NCBI GenBank assembly: GCA_050084515.1
Contig: CM114271.1
Coordinates: forward strand, 10,850,001 to 10,914,000
Length of the DNA: 64,000 bases
Origin: Blasia pusilla
Taxonomy: Eukaryota
Reading direction: 5' to 3'
Positions 47,871 through 60,700 of this stretch are shown in pieces (the stretch's first letter is position 1; every line of letters starts with the position of its first letter). The notes under the pieces were generated by a model. The model had not been told where the DNA came from, ran no database searches, and saw nothing but the letters and a program-made list of their open reading frames with translations. Position numbers and translations under genes: made by a program.

Positions 47871-50800
47871 AACCTAGCAACAGAAGATAGAGGAGCAAGA
47901 AAGAGAAGCAGAAATGCGCAGGTAGGAGCTAGAGGCAAAGCTAGCGCTGGCGCAACTGGCCAAGCGGAACTCCGAGGTGGAGGCATCCAAGGCGATGAAG
48001 AAGAGGATTGAGGACAAGAAGAAAGAGAAGAAGTGTCAGGATGCGGCAATCAGGAGAGCTGAATTGGCGAAAGTGCAGAGGGAGAAGGCTATTGTCGTTG
48101 AAGAAGATAGTCCCGCACGTCCTACAGATAGCGTTGAAGTGGGAGACGTCTCCCCCTTGAAATCTAGCAATTCTATGAATGAGAAAATTGATGAAGGAGG
48201 AGGGGATGAGGACAACAAGTGTGGAGATGGTTGACACCTTTGAAGAAGCAGGAGAAGAATTGTCTTCTTCTTAAGCCCAGTGGAAGAAATTGACCTTTTC
48301 TGTGTGGATGAGTATCAAGTGGAGTTGCCTCCTATTGTCCTAAAGCTATTGGCCGGCCTTGACACTCAACCAATTTTTGAAAGGGTAAGCAGTCTTCATA
48401 ATTTCTTATGGAGCTTCCGAGATCCTTACTTAGAAGAAAATTGCAGGACATTCTCAAAATTCTTGTAGGTTGTTGAGCAGATGGTAGTGTCGATGGCCAC
48501 AAGGCCCCTAGCATTCCTCTTTTTTGACTTCGGACAATGGAATACGTGCATGAAATTTAGTTGGAAGAAGACATAGAAAAGTTGAAGCAGTCATATGCAA
48601 TAGCTTCTTACGTCGACAACTTCCCTCCGTTCTATGTTCAGCCTTATGATGAACATGGAATGTTGTCCCAAGTCACTGAAGAAGATCTGGAGAATCTGGA
48701 TACATTTTGGAGAATTAGGGATGCGGAGTTGAGAAAACCGATTGAAGGAACACAATTTAGTTGGATGCGGAGTTTGAATTTTCATATCTGGGATGGGAAC
48801 CACAAGTTAATGGCGTGGTTTAGTTTGTAGAGGAGCGCCCAAATTCATTGGAGGCGCATTTCTGCGTGAGGGCACTCGTCCTCAATCTCTTTCCCCATCA
48901 CATGGTGACAATGGAGATGGCTATGCACTCCATGAACACGTGAGTATTTCCCATTCTCTTTCATATTTTTCTACTTGCTCCAACCCATTGGATTCTGACG
49001 GGTTGCTCTAATGTCCATAAGAAAGAATGTCTGAAAGTATAGAAGACGATATCAGCAACCCGTCGGAGTCTAATGGATTGCATCTAGGGTCCTGTGACTT
49101 CTTTACTAGACCATCCTATAACCCCTTGTAGTCCGACGGGTTGCAAGATGGTTAAAGTTGTAGCGAGATTTCAAGATGAAATGAGTGTTCTGCAACAATT
49201 TGGAGTCCGACGGGTTGCAGATGGTCAAAGTTGTAGCCAAGTTTCAGGATGAAACAAGTGTTATGCAACTCGTCGGAGTCCAATGGGTTGTAGAATAGTC
49301 TAGTGAAGAAGTCAAGGAAGCCCTAAATGCAACCCATCAGACTCCGACGGGTTGCAAGCAACTTTTTTTACGCTTATTTGTAGGAATCCGATCGTGTGAA
49401 TTGCGCTTATGGGGCTTGCTTGCAACCCATCGAACTCCCACCAGTTGCATTGATTTGCAACCCATCAAACTCCAACGGGTTGGCGCAACTATAATGTGAA
49501 CCTATCTTAGCGGCAATCTCGAGGATTTGTCGCAACCCGTCAGAGTTCGACGGGTTGCACATCGATGCCATCGGCCTAGAGTGGTGCAACCCGTCGGAGT
49601 CCGACGCGTTGCACTTAGTTTCAGACATACTTTCTTCTTTGATCTTGTGTGCAACATGTTGAAATCCGACGGGTTGCAGGAGATTAAAATTCTCACTTTG
49701 GATTGATGATTGCAAGATTGTCTTGGAGGGGAACGTCACCCATCTCTGGATCCAAGAATGCAACAGAGTGAAGAAGGTTCTTACAATGTACCCATTGCAG
49801 TACGAAGAATTCCTAGGAGAGGACTTAGTGGATGAGATGCTCGCCAAGGGAGCACAGATCTAAAAGAAGACTTGGGCACATACATACATCTTCCAAGATG
49901 CATCTGTCACCATTCTATGCTGTTCGAAATCCAGGCAGCAAAGAAAAGCGCCACACTGGAGCTGGAGCAAAGGGAGAACATTTCAGCGTCGGAGCGAGCT
50001 AAGTTCATCTTTGCTGCAGTGTCAATAGCCACAAAGTACACTGCGAGCAAATTGCAACGTTATATAGCTGTCTTGAACCCAAAACTCGACCAAGAATTCT
50101 ACAAGGAGTTGAAGGCGATCATTAAACGCTAGTGAAAGAGGGAGGAAGATCCACATGGTCGAATCAGAGAGAAGCTTTTAGTGGATCGCGTCCACAGGTT
50201 TGCGCTCTCTGGGACTTCCAAGTTCACGCAAATGAGACTGATAAAAATCAATCTCAAGGGGATAGAGGCACAGAAGCGGGCAGCATACCACGTGCCAGGG
50301 GTATCAGACCCTCTAATCTCTCACTGGTTGAGAGAATGGTTTTTCTCAGATGCATTGCAGCTGCTTAGGAAGTCCATGATCACATGTCTTCAAGTTGAGC
50401 TCAAGAAGATTGAGCATGTTTTGCAGGAGGTCATCTTAGAGGCTGTTGAGGATTACGAACTTTAGCTAGATGACATGCGTGGTAAGCCACCGAAAAACCC
50501 CGGCTTCACAACGATGTTCAAAAATCATATCCTGCCACAAGCGGATCTTGACAAGGAAATTGGCAATGCAAAAAAATGGGATTTCGCAAAGAAGAAGAGG
50601 GATCTTCAAGAAAAAGCGGCCAAGTCCTCCCGACAACAAGCTACCCAACGGATTGTATATAGGTTCCTCATCTCCTTTGTGAATGCAAGTACCTGGAGCA
50701 AATATCCCGCAACATGCAAATTGTGGGCTTCTCCTCAAGATGGAGAAGGATTCTTCATGTACGACATGAAGATGGGGGAGGATATGAGTGATTGGGAAGT

Positions 50801-53097
50801 GTTGAATTGTCCAATTTGGTTAGACTTCAACAACCCTGAAGACATGACCAACAAGAACTTGCGAGTGGTGTATGATGCACTCGTATTTGGAAGGGACGAC
50901 ATCCACAACCTGTTGGAGGTTGAGAAATATTTTGAAGGAGATGTCGAGGAGCAAGCCATCCAGACCATCGAGTTGGTGTCCAAGGTAGTAATAGCCAAGG
51001 ATAAATCCACAACGGGCTTGAAAGTGAAGGCGAAGGGGTCGAGGCTTTCAGAGGCAAAATCCTCAAGATGGATTCGGGAAAAGGGACAAACAAGGGAGTC
51101 GTCCAAAAAGATGCTTGTAGAGTCCGAAGATAGTGAGACACCTATAAGTAGGCAGCAAACTTGCAAGAAGCAAAAGTGGGAGGCACCTGGATCCTCCAAG
51201 AGAGATAATAAGTATGTGAAATACACTCTACCATCCTTAGGCAGACATAGGGACACTACGAGCATGATCACTATCCTTCTCTACTAGACTTTTCTCCTTG
51301 ATTAACTGCAGAGTTTTTCTAGTCAGTAGTCCACCGTTGCAATCGAGAAGCTGGCCATTTTAGAAGGAAAGCTTCTTTGAAATGGGCATGGCCCATGGAC
51401 TGTCCACGGGGAAGCTAAGAAGGTGGCGATGGATCTCCTAATAGAAAATTTTCCTTTGGGATTCCGATTGTGGGACGACAATCCCTCAGACATTATCTCG
51501 GATTGGAATGCCCCACTTACTTATGACCAGATTGCTCTTTTGTTTTCTTTCGTGCACGCATGTCTGAGTGACAAGGGGTGTTTCTTGGTACTGATTGGAG
51601 GGAGTGAAGACGAGCTCTTCAGCCTCGAGTGCGTGAAGAGATGTCTCAAGTGGCGTATGGCACAATCTTAGTCGATAAAAAATGAACACCCACTCAGATC
51701 TGCATCAAATCAACTCTTTCAATGCTATTTTCTTTTTCAATGTTTTTTTTTTTTTTTCAGAAAACTGCAAGAAAAAAGTCCTTGTTTTAGCCTCTTGGTT
51801 CAAACAAGCAACCCATCGGATTTGGAGGGTTGCGGGAATTCTATTGTGAGATGAAGTGGAATCTGTCTCACAGTGACGGGTTGCATTTCGAGCCAGAAAA
51901 CTAGATTTGCAACCCGTCAAAACCCAACGGGTCGCAACTAGAATTTTGTCTAAGTTGATGAGCAACCCATCAGGATCCAACGGGTTGCAACTAGAATATT
52001 TTCTCAACTGATGAGCAACCCATTGAAATCTAACGGGCTACAAATAGATCTTTTTCTAAGCTCATGAGAAACCCGTCGGAATTCAACGGGTTGCAACTAT
52101 AATTTTGTCTCAACTGATAAGCAACCCGTCAGAATCCGACGGGTTGCAACTATAATTTTGTCCAAGTTGTACAGCAACCTGTGGGTTTCCGACGGGTTGC
52201 ATGCTTCTTCCACCATAAATCTGACATCATTTTGCACCTGTCTTGTGCATAGATTGAGCATTCTTATGTCTACTATTTTGTTAGATCGGAGCACAATTTC
52301 CAAGTGTTTCAAATCCATTAGATCCATGCTCCAATGGGTTCACATTGGATAGCCTCTATAATTCCCTACCCCTCGGCAGGAATTTTCATGCTAGAAGGTA
52401 CAAATGTGCTTGGAGGAAGGGAGAAGTCACTGGCGCTGATGTAGACGCTCATGGAGCTCTACTCAAGACCGGGTGACTTGGTCTTGGACTTGGTTGGCTT
52501 ATCAGGGGCGAGTATCAGAGGCTCGTGAAAGAATGGAAGGAATATTCTCTTCCTTGAGGGAAGGATGGAACTATTCGACCTTTGCAAGGACGCAAAGGGG
52601 GACTACAAAAGGCTGGTGGGAGTCTACAACTCGCCTCCAAAGTAAATTGCACTTGCAGCAAAGCCAATGGTAGTGACACCATCGTTACTTCCTGTTATTC
52701 GGAGAATCGGGAAGACAAGGCCGACAGTCATTTTGGAAGAGCTCTCGAATGATGATGAGTGAGTTCAATCGATTCATCAGGTTCAATCGATTCAAGCGTT
52801 TTGGAGTTGGGATTTAGTGCTTTCAAGCGGCCGAGCACCTATTGATACTCGATGGGTGTTACTTTGCAGAGCATACAAGATATATTGCCGAGAAAACGTT
52901 GGGAACTCTCTCATGATACATGGGACCAATATGGTGCATCTAGGGGGGCAAGGCTTTCGAATTTCCCTACATTCTCAATCCCCATCTACAATCGGGCACA
53001 TGAGCTAGTTGTATCTGCAGAGATTTCTATTGTACAGGAACCGAGGAGAGTTAGGAGTAAATTTGTAGATGACAAGGCAGAAGAACTCATAGACTAG
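47870..53097 (+). pseudogene. ParB/Srx + beta-class DNA amino-methyltransferase-like gene, copy 2 (nearly complete, 4 exons)
   Basis: IWDGNHK (48792-48806); MDLLIENFPLG...WN...LSDKGCFLV (~51430-51590); GGREKSLALM*TLMELYSRPGDLVLDLVGLSGAS..S*KNGRNILFLE (~52413-52558). Palindrome-filled introns at ~48940-49715 and ~51711-52250. Ends FVDDKAEELID*. Confidence 0.78.
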
Positions 53098-54804
53098 AGT
53101 TTCTAGTTTAGGTAATCAAATGTAAATTTTTGAGTTGCGATCAGATTATGATAAAGGACTTCCATTTTTTTTACATTCTTGTAATGTTTTCGGACTTTTG
53201 GTGCTTTTGTGTCTGGTCTCTTCTAGTCTCTCATGGACAGTCTTTATTTTGCAACCAGTCGGATTCTGACGGGTTGCATATTTTATCAGGGATTTTTTTT
53301 GGAAGGGGTGGCTTTAGGACTTGTTTAAACTTGTGAAAGAGGTCTTTGGTTACCTCTTATGATTGCTTCAATGAGGTCTACTAGCTTGCAACCCGTTGGA
53401 TTCTGACGGGTTGCAAACCAAAGACAATGTTTGCAACCTGTCGGATTCTGAAAGGTTGTAAGAGGAAACATTTGTTTTTCTTTTCTTTTTATTTGTTCCC
53501 CTTGGGAGTTCTCTATAAACTTTTCCTCTCTTGCAACCTGTCCGATTCCAATGGGTTGCAGGTTTGATTGGGTTTGTGTTTCCTAACATTAATTCATATG
53601 ACCCCCGATGATATCTTTCTCATACCTTTTGGCCTATACCCTGTCTTGCAACCTGTAGAATTTCATCAGGTTGCACGTCTAGGTGATTTGAGTTTCTCTC
53701 TGTTTTTTGTAATCTTTGATCTGAACCATAGTGTTACTTATCGTATCTACACATACGACTGGTTGTTATAGAATATTTGGTATAGGTTGTTATCGGCTAT
53801 TTTTTTCTCTCACCTCTGATCAGAATGGAAGCTTTGGGTTTCTTTTCATATCTTCATTTGTAGATCGAATAACTTCCTGGACGAAGTGTCGAGAATGAGG
53901 TTGGGAGTCTCAAATAAAGTGTCCAAAATCTGTCGAGGTTGCTCTTAGTGTTTCAAGTAACGTCTTCTTTTTTTTAACCCCTTTTTCTTTCATCCCGTCA
54001 CGCAACATGTCAGATTCCAAGTGGTTACATTTCAGGTTAATAGGCTTCTATTCGTTTCATTATCTGTGGTTTTTGTTCTTCATTTGGTGCTTCTACATTT
54101 TTTCACTTTTGACGTTCTCCAACCTGGTGGATTCTGACAGGTTGGCTACTTGATTGAATCTCTTTTCCTCTGAGTCTATCCTTTTAAGCACTTTGGCAAG
54201 CTTCCTTCACTTTCCTTTCGTTTCCCCATAATCTTCAAACCATTCTTCTCTAAGACATAATTTTCTGAGAGGTTGCACGCTTCCCCTTTGTGATTCCCTT
54301 GTAGGAATGAATTCTTAACTCTGTTTATTCTTCGCAACTCCCGGCAAGAGTTCTCATTTCCTTCATTGTGTTGGCTTCCTTCACTTCTAAGATTTGTGTT
54401 TAACCACACTTGCCTAACACCCATCAACTTAATAAAGAACTTTATATTGCCATTACTCCTTAATACTTAGACCGTCATGACTCGGTGTTAAATTTTCACA
54501 AAGTAGTGGGTATGAGGGTGGGAGCCTTGGATTAAGAGCCCATTATCTTTTCATCTATTGAGTAGTCTAACCCTTAAGTGCACTGTAGCCACTCGTATTT
54601 TAAAACATAAGGATGCAATATCTTCTATTAACACCATAGTATGAGTGATGTAAGCATGTCTGGAGTGGTCTTTGTATGTCTATTTTCAGATCCAAGCCAA
54701 GAAAGACGATGTTAGTTTTGGCCCCAATATGGTCCACTTCTTACTATCTTCTAAACATTTCTTACATTTGAAGGAGAGGAAAAAATAAGGTATGTCAGGA
54801 AGTT

Positions 54805-56690
54805 TTGAAGAGAGGGAGCGGATTGTGCCCTTTTTTTTTTAAAGAGAGACTCTCCTCTCTTCCTCTCTCCTGTTTGAATACCAGCCCCCCACCTTGTTTG
54901 CGTGGTAAGAAGGATGCCATTGTGGTTCAACCAGTGCATCAGGAAACAACTCAAATGGGCAGTGGAGGAGTAGAAGGACATAACTATATTGCTCACCCTT
55001 TTGCAAGTGGGGTAATTCGGACAAGTCTTCACAATTCACAACATGCAACAACTCCATATCAACTCCATACATGACAAGTACATATTGTTTCAATCTTGTA
55101 TAGCACCTTTAATATAAATTGTTGGTTTCTAATATTGGCATATGTAGGTGCCAAAGACATACCTCGACTTTGCAAACATAATATTGAATGATATGCCTAA
55201 CACACTTGTTGAGGAACTACCCCAATTTGTCACACCCAGCGATGCATAGTTACAATATGTAGACAGTCTTGGATTAGAGCACTGCACTTGGAAAAATGGC
55301 ATTACAAGACGGGAAATGAGCCATCTTATTGATGAAAGAAAGGCGTGGGCTCAAGCCTTCCGCGACAGAAAGAAGATTGCACCTACTTCTAGTAACCACC
55401 CTATTCGCTTATGTTTCAGTTTCTCATTTTGATAATTATACATTGAGTTAGTTTAGTATAAAATATATGCATTTTCTTTATGTAATATGATCATGTTGAA
55501 TGTAGGTGTCCAAAAGGAACTTCTCGCAATGAAGGGGATTGAGTATAGTGATGTTGAACTCACCGGTGACAAGATCAACAAGTAGTACTCACTGCTAACT
55601 TGCGGAATAAGACTTGAGCAGTTCCATGAGCTTAGAGTAATCATGCGGCTCCCCATGACAATCCTTGTAAATTTTTCTTCTTCCAAGGAAATCCATCTTA
55701 TGTCCCGTATGAAATCTGCAAGGGAAAGTGGGGACATTTGCCCTACTCCTACCTTGCTTGGGCGCTCTCCGATCAACCAGAATCATGATGTTCATTCCGG
55801 GAATGTCTACTCAGGAGCGAGAAATAACAATCCTACCCACCCAGGCTATGGTTTAAGGCACAGAACTTTTCAGTCTTCTCCCATTCATCTCAATAACGAC
55901 ATGCCTTCCTATGATGCTCCCCACCTGTGTTGCGACCCTCATAACCAAACGAACACCAAGCGGAACATTAGAACTTTAGCGGGCTCACGCTAGGATGGTT
56001 GAGCTTTGGAGAGGTCTCTTGGAAGAGTCGCAAGAGATGAAATGCACGAATAGAGTTTGTGCATTTCATGCGTTTATGGTTGCGACCAGGAAACCTAGAC
56101 CAAACGTGAACCAAGTCTTGAAAGAAGTCGAGTCTAAGAAGGTTGGTTACCAAAGAGGTGAGAACCAGATTTGGAACGCAACTAGCGGATGGAGTTTTGA
56201 TTGTGTTTCGGTCCATAAAATTTACTCCCAAAATGTGTTTGGCACAAGTAAAATGGCGTTGGAAATCTTATGCAAAGCCAATTATAAGAAGGTGTTCTGT
56301 ACATAGACGGATATGTGGAGTACTGCGAAATGCACCAATCCAGTTACTTAATTGGACTGGACTGGTGCAATAGACATGATTGAATCATTGGAGACTCTAC
56401 AACGTAGGACGCAGACCACAAAGAAAGCTTTCTAACGATTATGTAAACTCAGACGTCGTCTTCCATCGGTGGCTGTACCACAGGAAATACCTCTACCATC
56501 AATTACCAGCGGGATTTACATGCACGATAACATCCCAATGCATGTTTATGAAGCAGCAATTGGCAACATTGAAGCATTAGACTACAAGCACAGCGAGCTC
56601 CAGGAGCAACTCAGCATCATGCGTGATATTACAAGCTCCCTGAAGATATTGAGTTTAATATGGACAAGATTCACAACTTGAAGATCAAGT
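54805..56690 (+). pseudogene. Degraded spliced coding remnant of unknown family
   Basis: AG acceptors at ~55147 and ~55505 followed by protein-like frames with stops. ORFs 55995-56306 and 56469-56681 share a frame. Confidence 0.25.
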
Positions 56691-57364
56691 TGCAGAATCC
56701 AAAGGCCTGTTTGATAACTTTTGTTAGTAGAGCACCTGCAGCATGGCATAGTACTGATGTGTTTAAACATTTTGTAGCATCCATGGAGACTGCATTGAAA
56801 TAGATGGCATGCAGTGATCAGTAATGGGAATTTTCTTTCATCTGCACAAACACAATGTCACATTACTCCACTCTTTGCCAATACTTTTTGTACAAGGCTT
56901 CATGAGAAATCAGGCCTTGATCTCTATATATCTGATAATATTTTTATTTTGTGCATAGCGTCCACCAGCTATTTTCATCTTTGTATGTCATTCAATTGTT
57001 TGAATGGGTGATATTTTCGTATTTCATTCCACGTGTAAGCAGACTTCTTCATATATTCAAAATGGTATTAATTTTCTCCTACATGCCGAAGTGCCACAAC
57101 TGCCATTGTTTGGATCTTTCGTTTACCACAGCAGTTTTGTCTCAGGCTGTTTACTGGTCCAATGTTCTAATGCAACTATTCAACCGGTTTCTTCGTTACA
57201 AGGTACACATAAGTCAACATTCTATTGCAGGATTTAGGAGTATTTATCCATCATGGTCACTACCCAGGAAAATCATTGTCACTAATACCAAAAACTGTCA
57301 ATCCCCACGTTCGTCTCTGAATAACTCTACATGCATTGCCCCATTCACATGGATTGATAGTATG

Positions 57365-57490
57365 CATTTACCATATGCGCTCACATAATTCAGCAGAAGA
57401 CATACTTCAACTATCACACGCAACCTGCATTCACCATATGCGCTCACATGATTCAGCAGAAAACATACTACAACTGTCACACACAACCTG
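57365..57490. repeat. 63-bp tandem duplication
   Basis: CATT(T/C)ACCATATGCGCTCACAT(A/G)ATTCAGCAGAA at 57365 and 57428. Confidence 0.85.
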
Positions 57491-58449
57491 CTTCAAGTGC
57501 TCGCTCGGACCTATTCGGGCGCATAGGATCTTGCTGCACCTTCTCATCCTCCCGCCACTTCCGATTAAAGGGTTAACAGGGTTCTATGTACGAATTTACG
57601 CACCTTGCAGTTGCCACATAAACTGTTTATATTGATGCCATTTTTAATACATTTCTGTTCTAATATAAACTGCCCTTCCATATGCCATGGCTTTCATATC
57701 AATTATCGGCCGCATACTTGTTAGCCTGGACTAGTCCATGCTAACCTGTCTGACTAGCACTAGAATGCCTCCATTAATCTCAATACTCAACTGTTAAGCC
57801 ACAGGTCACTCGCTCGTGCTCATCATCCCTGTACCAATGAGAGAACCTAATTCTTCAATGTGATTTCTAGCTTGACAAATAGAAGAGAAGAGTTCATCCA
57901 GGGCGTGTGGAATCACATAACATTCATCCGAATTGCCCACTATCAACCCCAGGGACATGAACTTTATGGCTTTACGTGTAAACAGAAAATTAATGACAAG
58001 TGCTGATCAAATGCCACTCACTACTCACAACATTCCGAATATCAAACTGTGAAGGGGAGCTGGAAATTATAAAATTATTGAAAACATTAACCCCAGACTT
58101 TGTCCAGAGGCTTAGAAGTTCTGCTCTCAGATTAAATCCTACTAGCCTATATTGGTCGCACAGACCTGACGCGAAAAATCATTGTGCGAGATGAAAGAGG
58201 CAGCCGATGCGATCTCAGCTCGCAAACTTCGTTTTCCAACTCAAGTAGATGTGCAGAAGTGGTTCAATTCTTAGAAGCAAAGCTTTGGGCTAAGGTTCTT
58301 ATGTATTTTATTCACAAGAAGTACCAATTCCCCATCATATCAACCTGTAAAGGAAAAATAAGACGGTGATCGAAAGTTATTACGGTTCCAACCTCTTTGC
58401 CAGCGATTTCTATTGTCAAAACCGTCACGGAGCGGGAAGGCCCAGTGTT

Positions 58450-59124
58450 TTAAAGTTTAGTGAGAATGTAGATGTCCGTTTCTGCGTATTCGTCCTCTGG
58501 ATGGAATTCCCTACGATCGACGTTCTTGATGGAAAAGTACTGGGGAAGTAGACGCCAGAACAGAGCGTGCGCATCCGGGTCTCGTTGCTGGTAAGCGAGG
58601 AGGATGCGAGTATCAGAATTTGAGAGGTCCCCTAGAGCTGTAATGAGGGGCATGACGATGGAGTCCACATACACTACATCGGCTGCAATCAACACATCGA
58701 AAGGAGGCTTTACAGCTGCAGTTTGCTTCACATTGCCCCAGCACAACTGCGCGGTCTTCACCTTCCCAGCGGTGCAACCTCTGTTCCCTGCATCAGCCAG
58801 GGACGTAGCCGCCACATTACGCTTCACGTTTCGTTTCAATGCACCCATTACTGCTTGAATGTCGGTAAGCACCACATTTAGGCCCAAAAGCGCTGCCCCG
58901 AGACCTGCCGCTCCACAACCAGCTCCAATCTCTAGCCCTCGCCGGCCCTGCAGCTCCGGAGCAGATCCGCTACCTTCGCGAGCACAACGATCAAGCCACC
59001 GAACAAGAGCTAATGAACCCCGCCATACCGTAGTGCCTACTTCAAACGAGCTATTGTCCTGTTCGATCCGTAGCTTCTCCCCATTTGCGATCAATTCCAC
59101 CACAGGCCACTCCCCATAACCCAT
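58450..59124 (-). CDS. Methyltransf_16-family (METTL21-like) protein-lysine N-methyltransferase, intronless host gene, similar to Arabidopsis At5g44170
   Basis: Intact 224-aa ORF from the ATG at 59124: IEQDNSSFEVGTTVW, LEIGAGCG (motif I), VVLTD, LCWG, FDVLIAADVVY (DxxY), LAYQQRDP, EYAETDIY. Confidence 0.92.
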   Translation of the reverse strand: MGYGEWPVVELIANGEKLRIEQDNSSFEVGTTVWRGSLALVRWLDRCAREGSGSAPELQGRRGLEIGAGCGAAGLGAALLGLNVVLTDIQAVMGALKRNVKRNVAATSLADAGNRGCTAGKVKTAQLCWGNVKQTAAVKPPFDVLIAADVVYVDSIVMPLITALGDLSNSDTRILLAYQQRDPDAHALFWRLLPQYFSIKNVDRREFHPEDEYAETDIYILTKL

Positions 59125-60700
59125 TGCAGAACCCAACACAGCACTAGTGTTTCACTTATTGCTATGGTTCAGTAAGTTCTTCCTGGGACCATTCTCCGAA
59201 GAACCCGACAAGATAACCAGTATGTGATTTTGACTTTCTTAAAGAGAGTTCGGAGTCCGGAGACACTAATACTGCCGGGGGAAGAGGGTTCGGAGGGAAG
59301 AGAGTAACGCTCCGGCAGAGCCGCCACGAGAAAAGAGACGGGGAAAAACATGACTAGAACAAAAATAACTTGCAGCCTCTGCACTCAAACTCGACTATGT
59401 GTAGGGGTTGTAACTAACTTGCACCCTCTACCTAAACTCGCTGGCCGACTCCTAGTGAGTCCGTGTTACCACAAGTTCACAACTGGCCACTCTCCTCCTT
59501 TTCTAAATTGGTATTTTGGCAAGAAAGTCTCTCTTAAAAAAATGGCAGAATCCGTCTCCTATCTTCAAAACATTTTGAAATTTTTGTTTGCTTTCAAATT
59601 CATAAAATCTTTAGAAGAGAGTAGCAAGTGGACTACATTTGGGCCTAAACTAACCTTCTTTTTCCGGGCTTGGAAAGAGAAGTAGACATCATAACACCAT
59701 TGCAAACATCCTTCCATCTTTCTCCATGTGAGCTCAATTTTCTTCACATTGCCTGTCTAACCCAACTCTACAGTAAGCCGGGCTGAGGGGTATTATTGTT
59801 GGAGGACCATCGGCAGATAATTTGGCGAGTACAAACAATTTCATCAAAATGAAAGGTTTTAATAAAGACTCTGACTATGGTGTCAATAGACTCTTGTGCC
59901 CTTCAGGGTTCAACTTCTCAAAAGATGTGGTTGAGATGGGATTTTCTACAACAGAACAAAACACTAATCACTGCGCATTTATCGAAAAATTTCATGAGAA
60001 TCTTGGATGATGTTGGCTCATAAATGGGTGCATGAATTCGACCATGGATTGCTGTGTGTTTGACTACTTGGTTTTACCATTCTCTCAACCACTAAGAAAT
60101 GTATGCATCAAGAAGATAACGTGCAAGGACCAAGAGGACAATTGAAGCAACATGTTGGTAGCCGTCAGGAGTGCAGAGGAACTGATATGCACCCAAGTCC
60201 ATTCATTCAGACATGCAATCCGTCAAAATCTGACAAGTTGCATCCCTTGCAACATTTCGGCATCAACCCACAGGTTGCAACTCCTGCAACGCGTCGGAAT
60301 CCGACGAGTTGCAAGATACGGGACACTCCACATAAGCCAATTCTAATCTTCAGTTGGAGTGGTTCTCAACCTTTTGGAATTGGACGGGTTACCAACCTCT
60401 CAAACTGAAGGTTAGAGTCTAGGAAAGCAAGCGTACCACACCAAGAGAATTGAAGGTTACAAATTGGTGTTAGTACAGTGAAAAGACATCATGCAAAATG
60501 TATATGTGAGAAGACATCAGGCAACCCGTCGGTTTTTGACAGATTGTAAAAGCAGAAAAAGCCTCATCCCAATCTCGGACTGTGATCGAAAATAGCATCA
60601 GACCAAAAGCGTGAAGAGAATTGGGTGCATTTAAAAATCCACTTTATTTAAAACCGTTTGCGAATCAGTTATTTACATCTGATTTCCTTAACAAGAAAAT

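Noticed and set aside
58450-59124. Methyltransferase as part of the transposon DNA-methylation system
   Set aside because: It has the DxxY protein-lysine MTase signature of a conserved host family and no palindromes in or directly around it.
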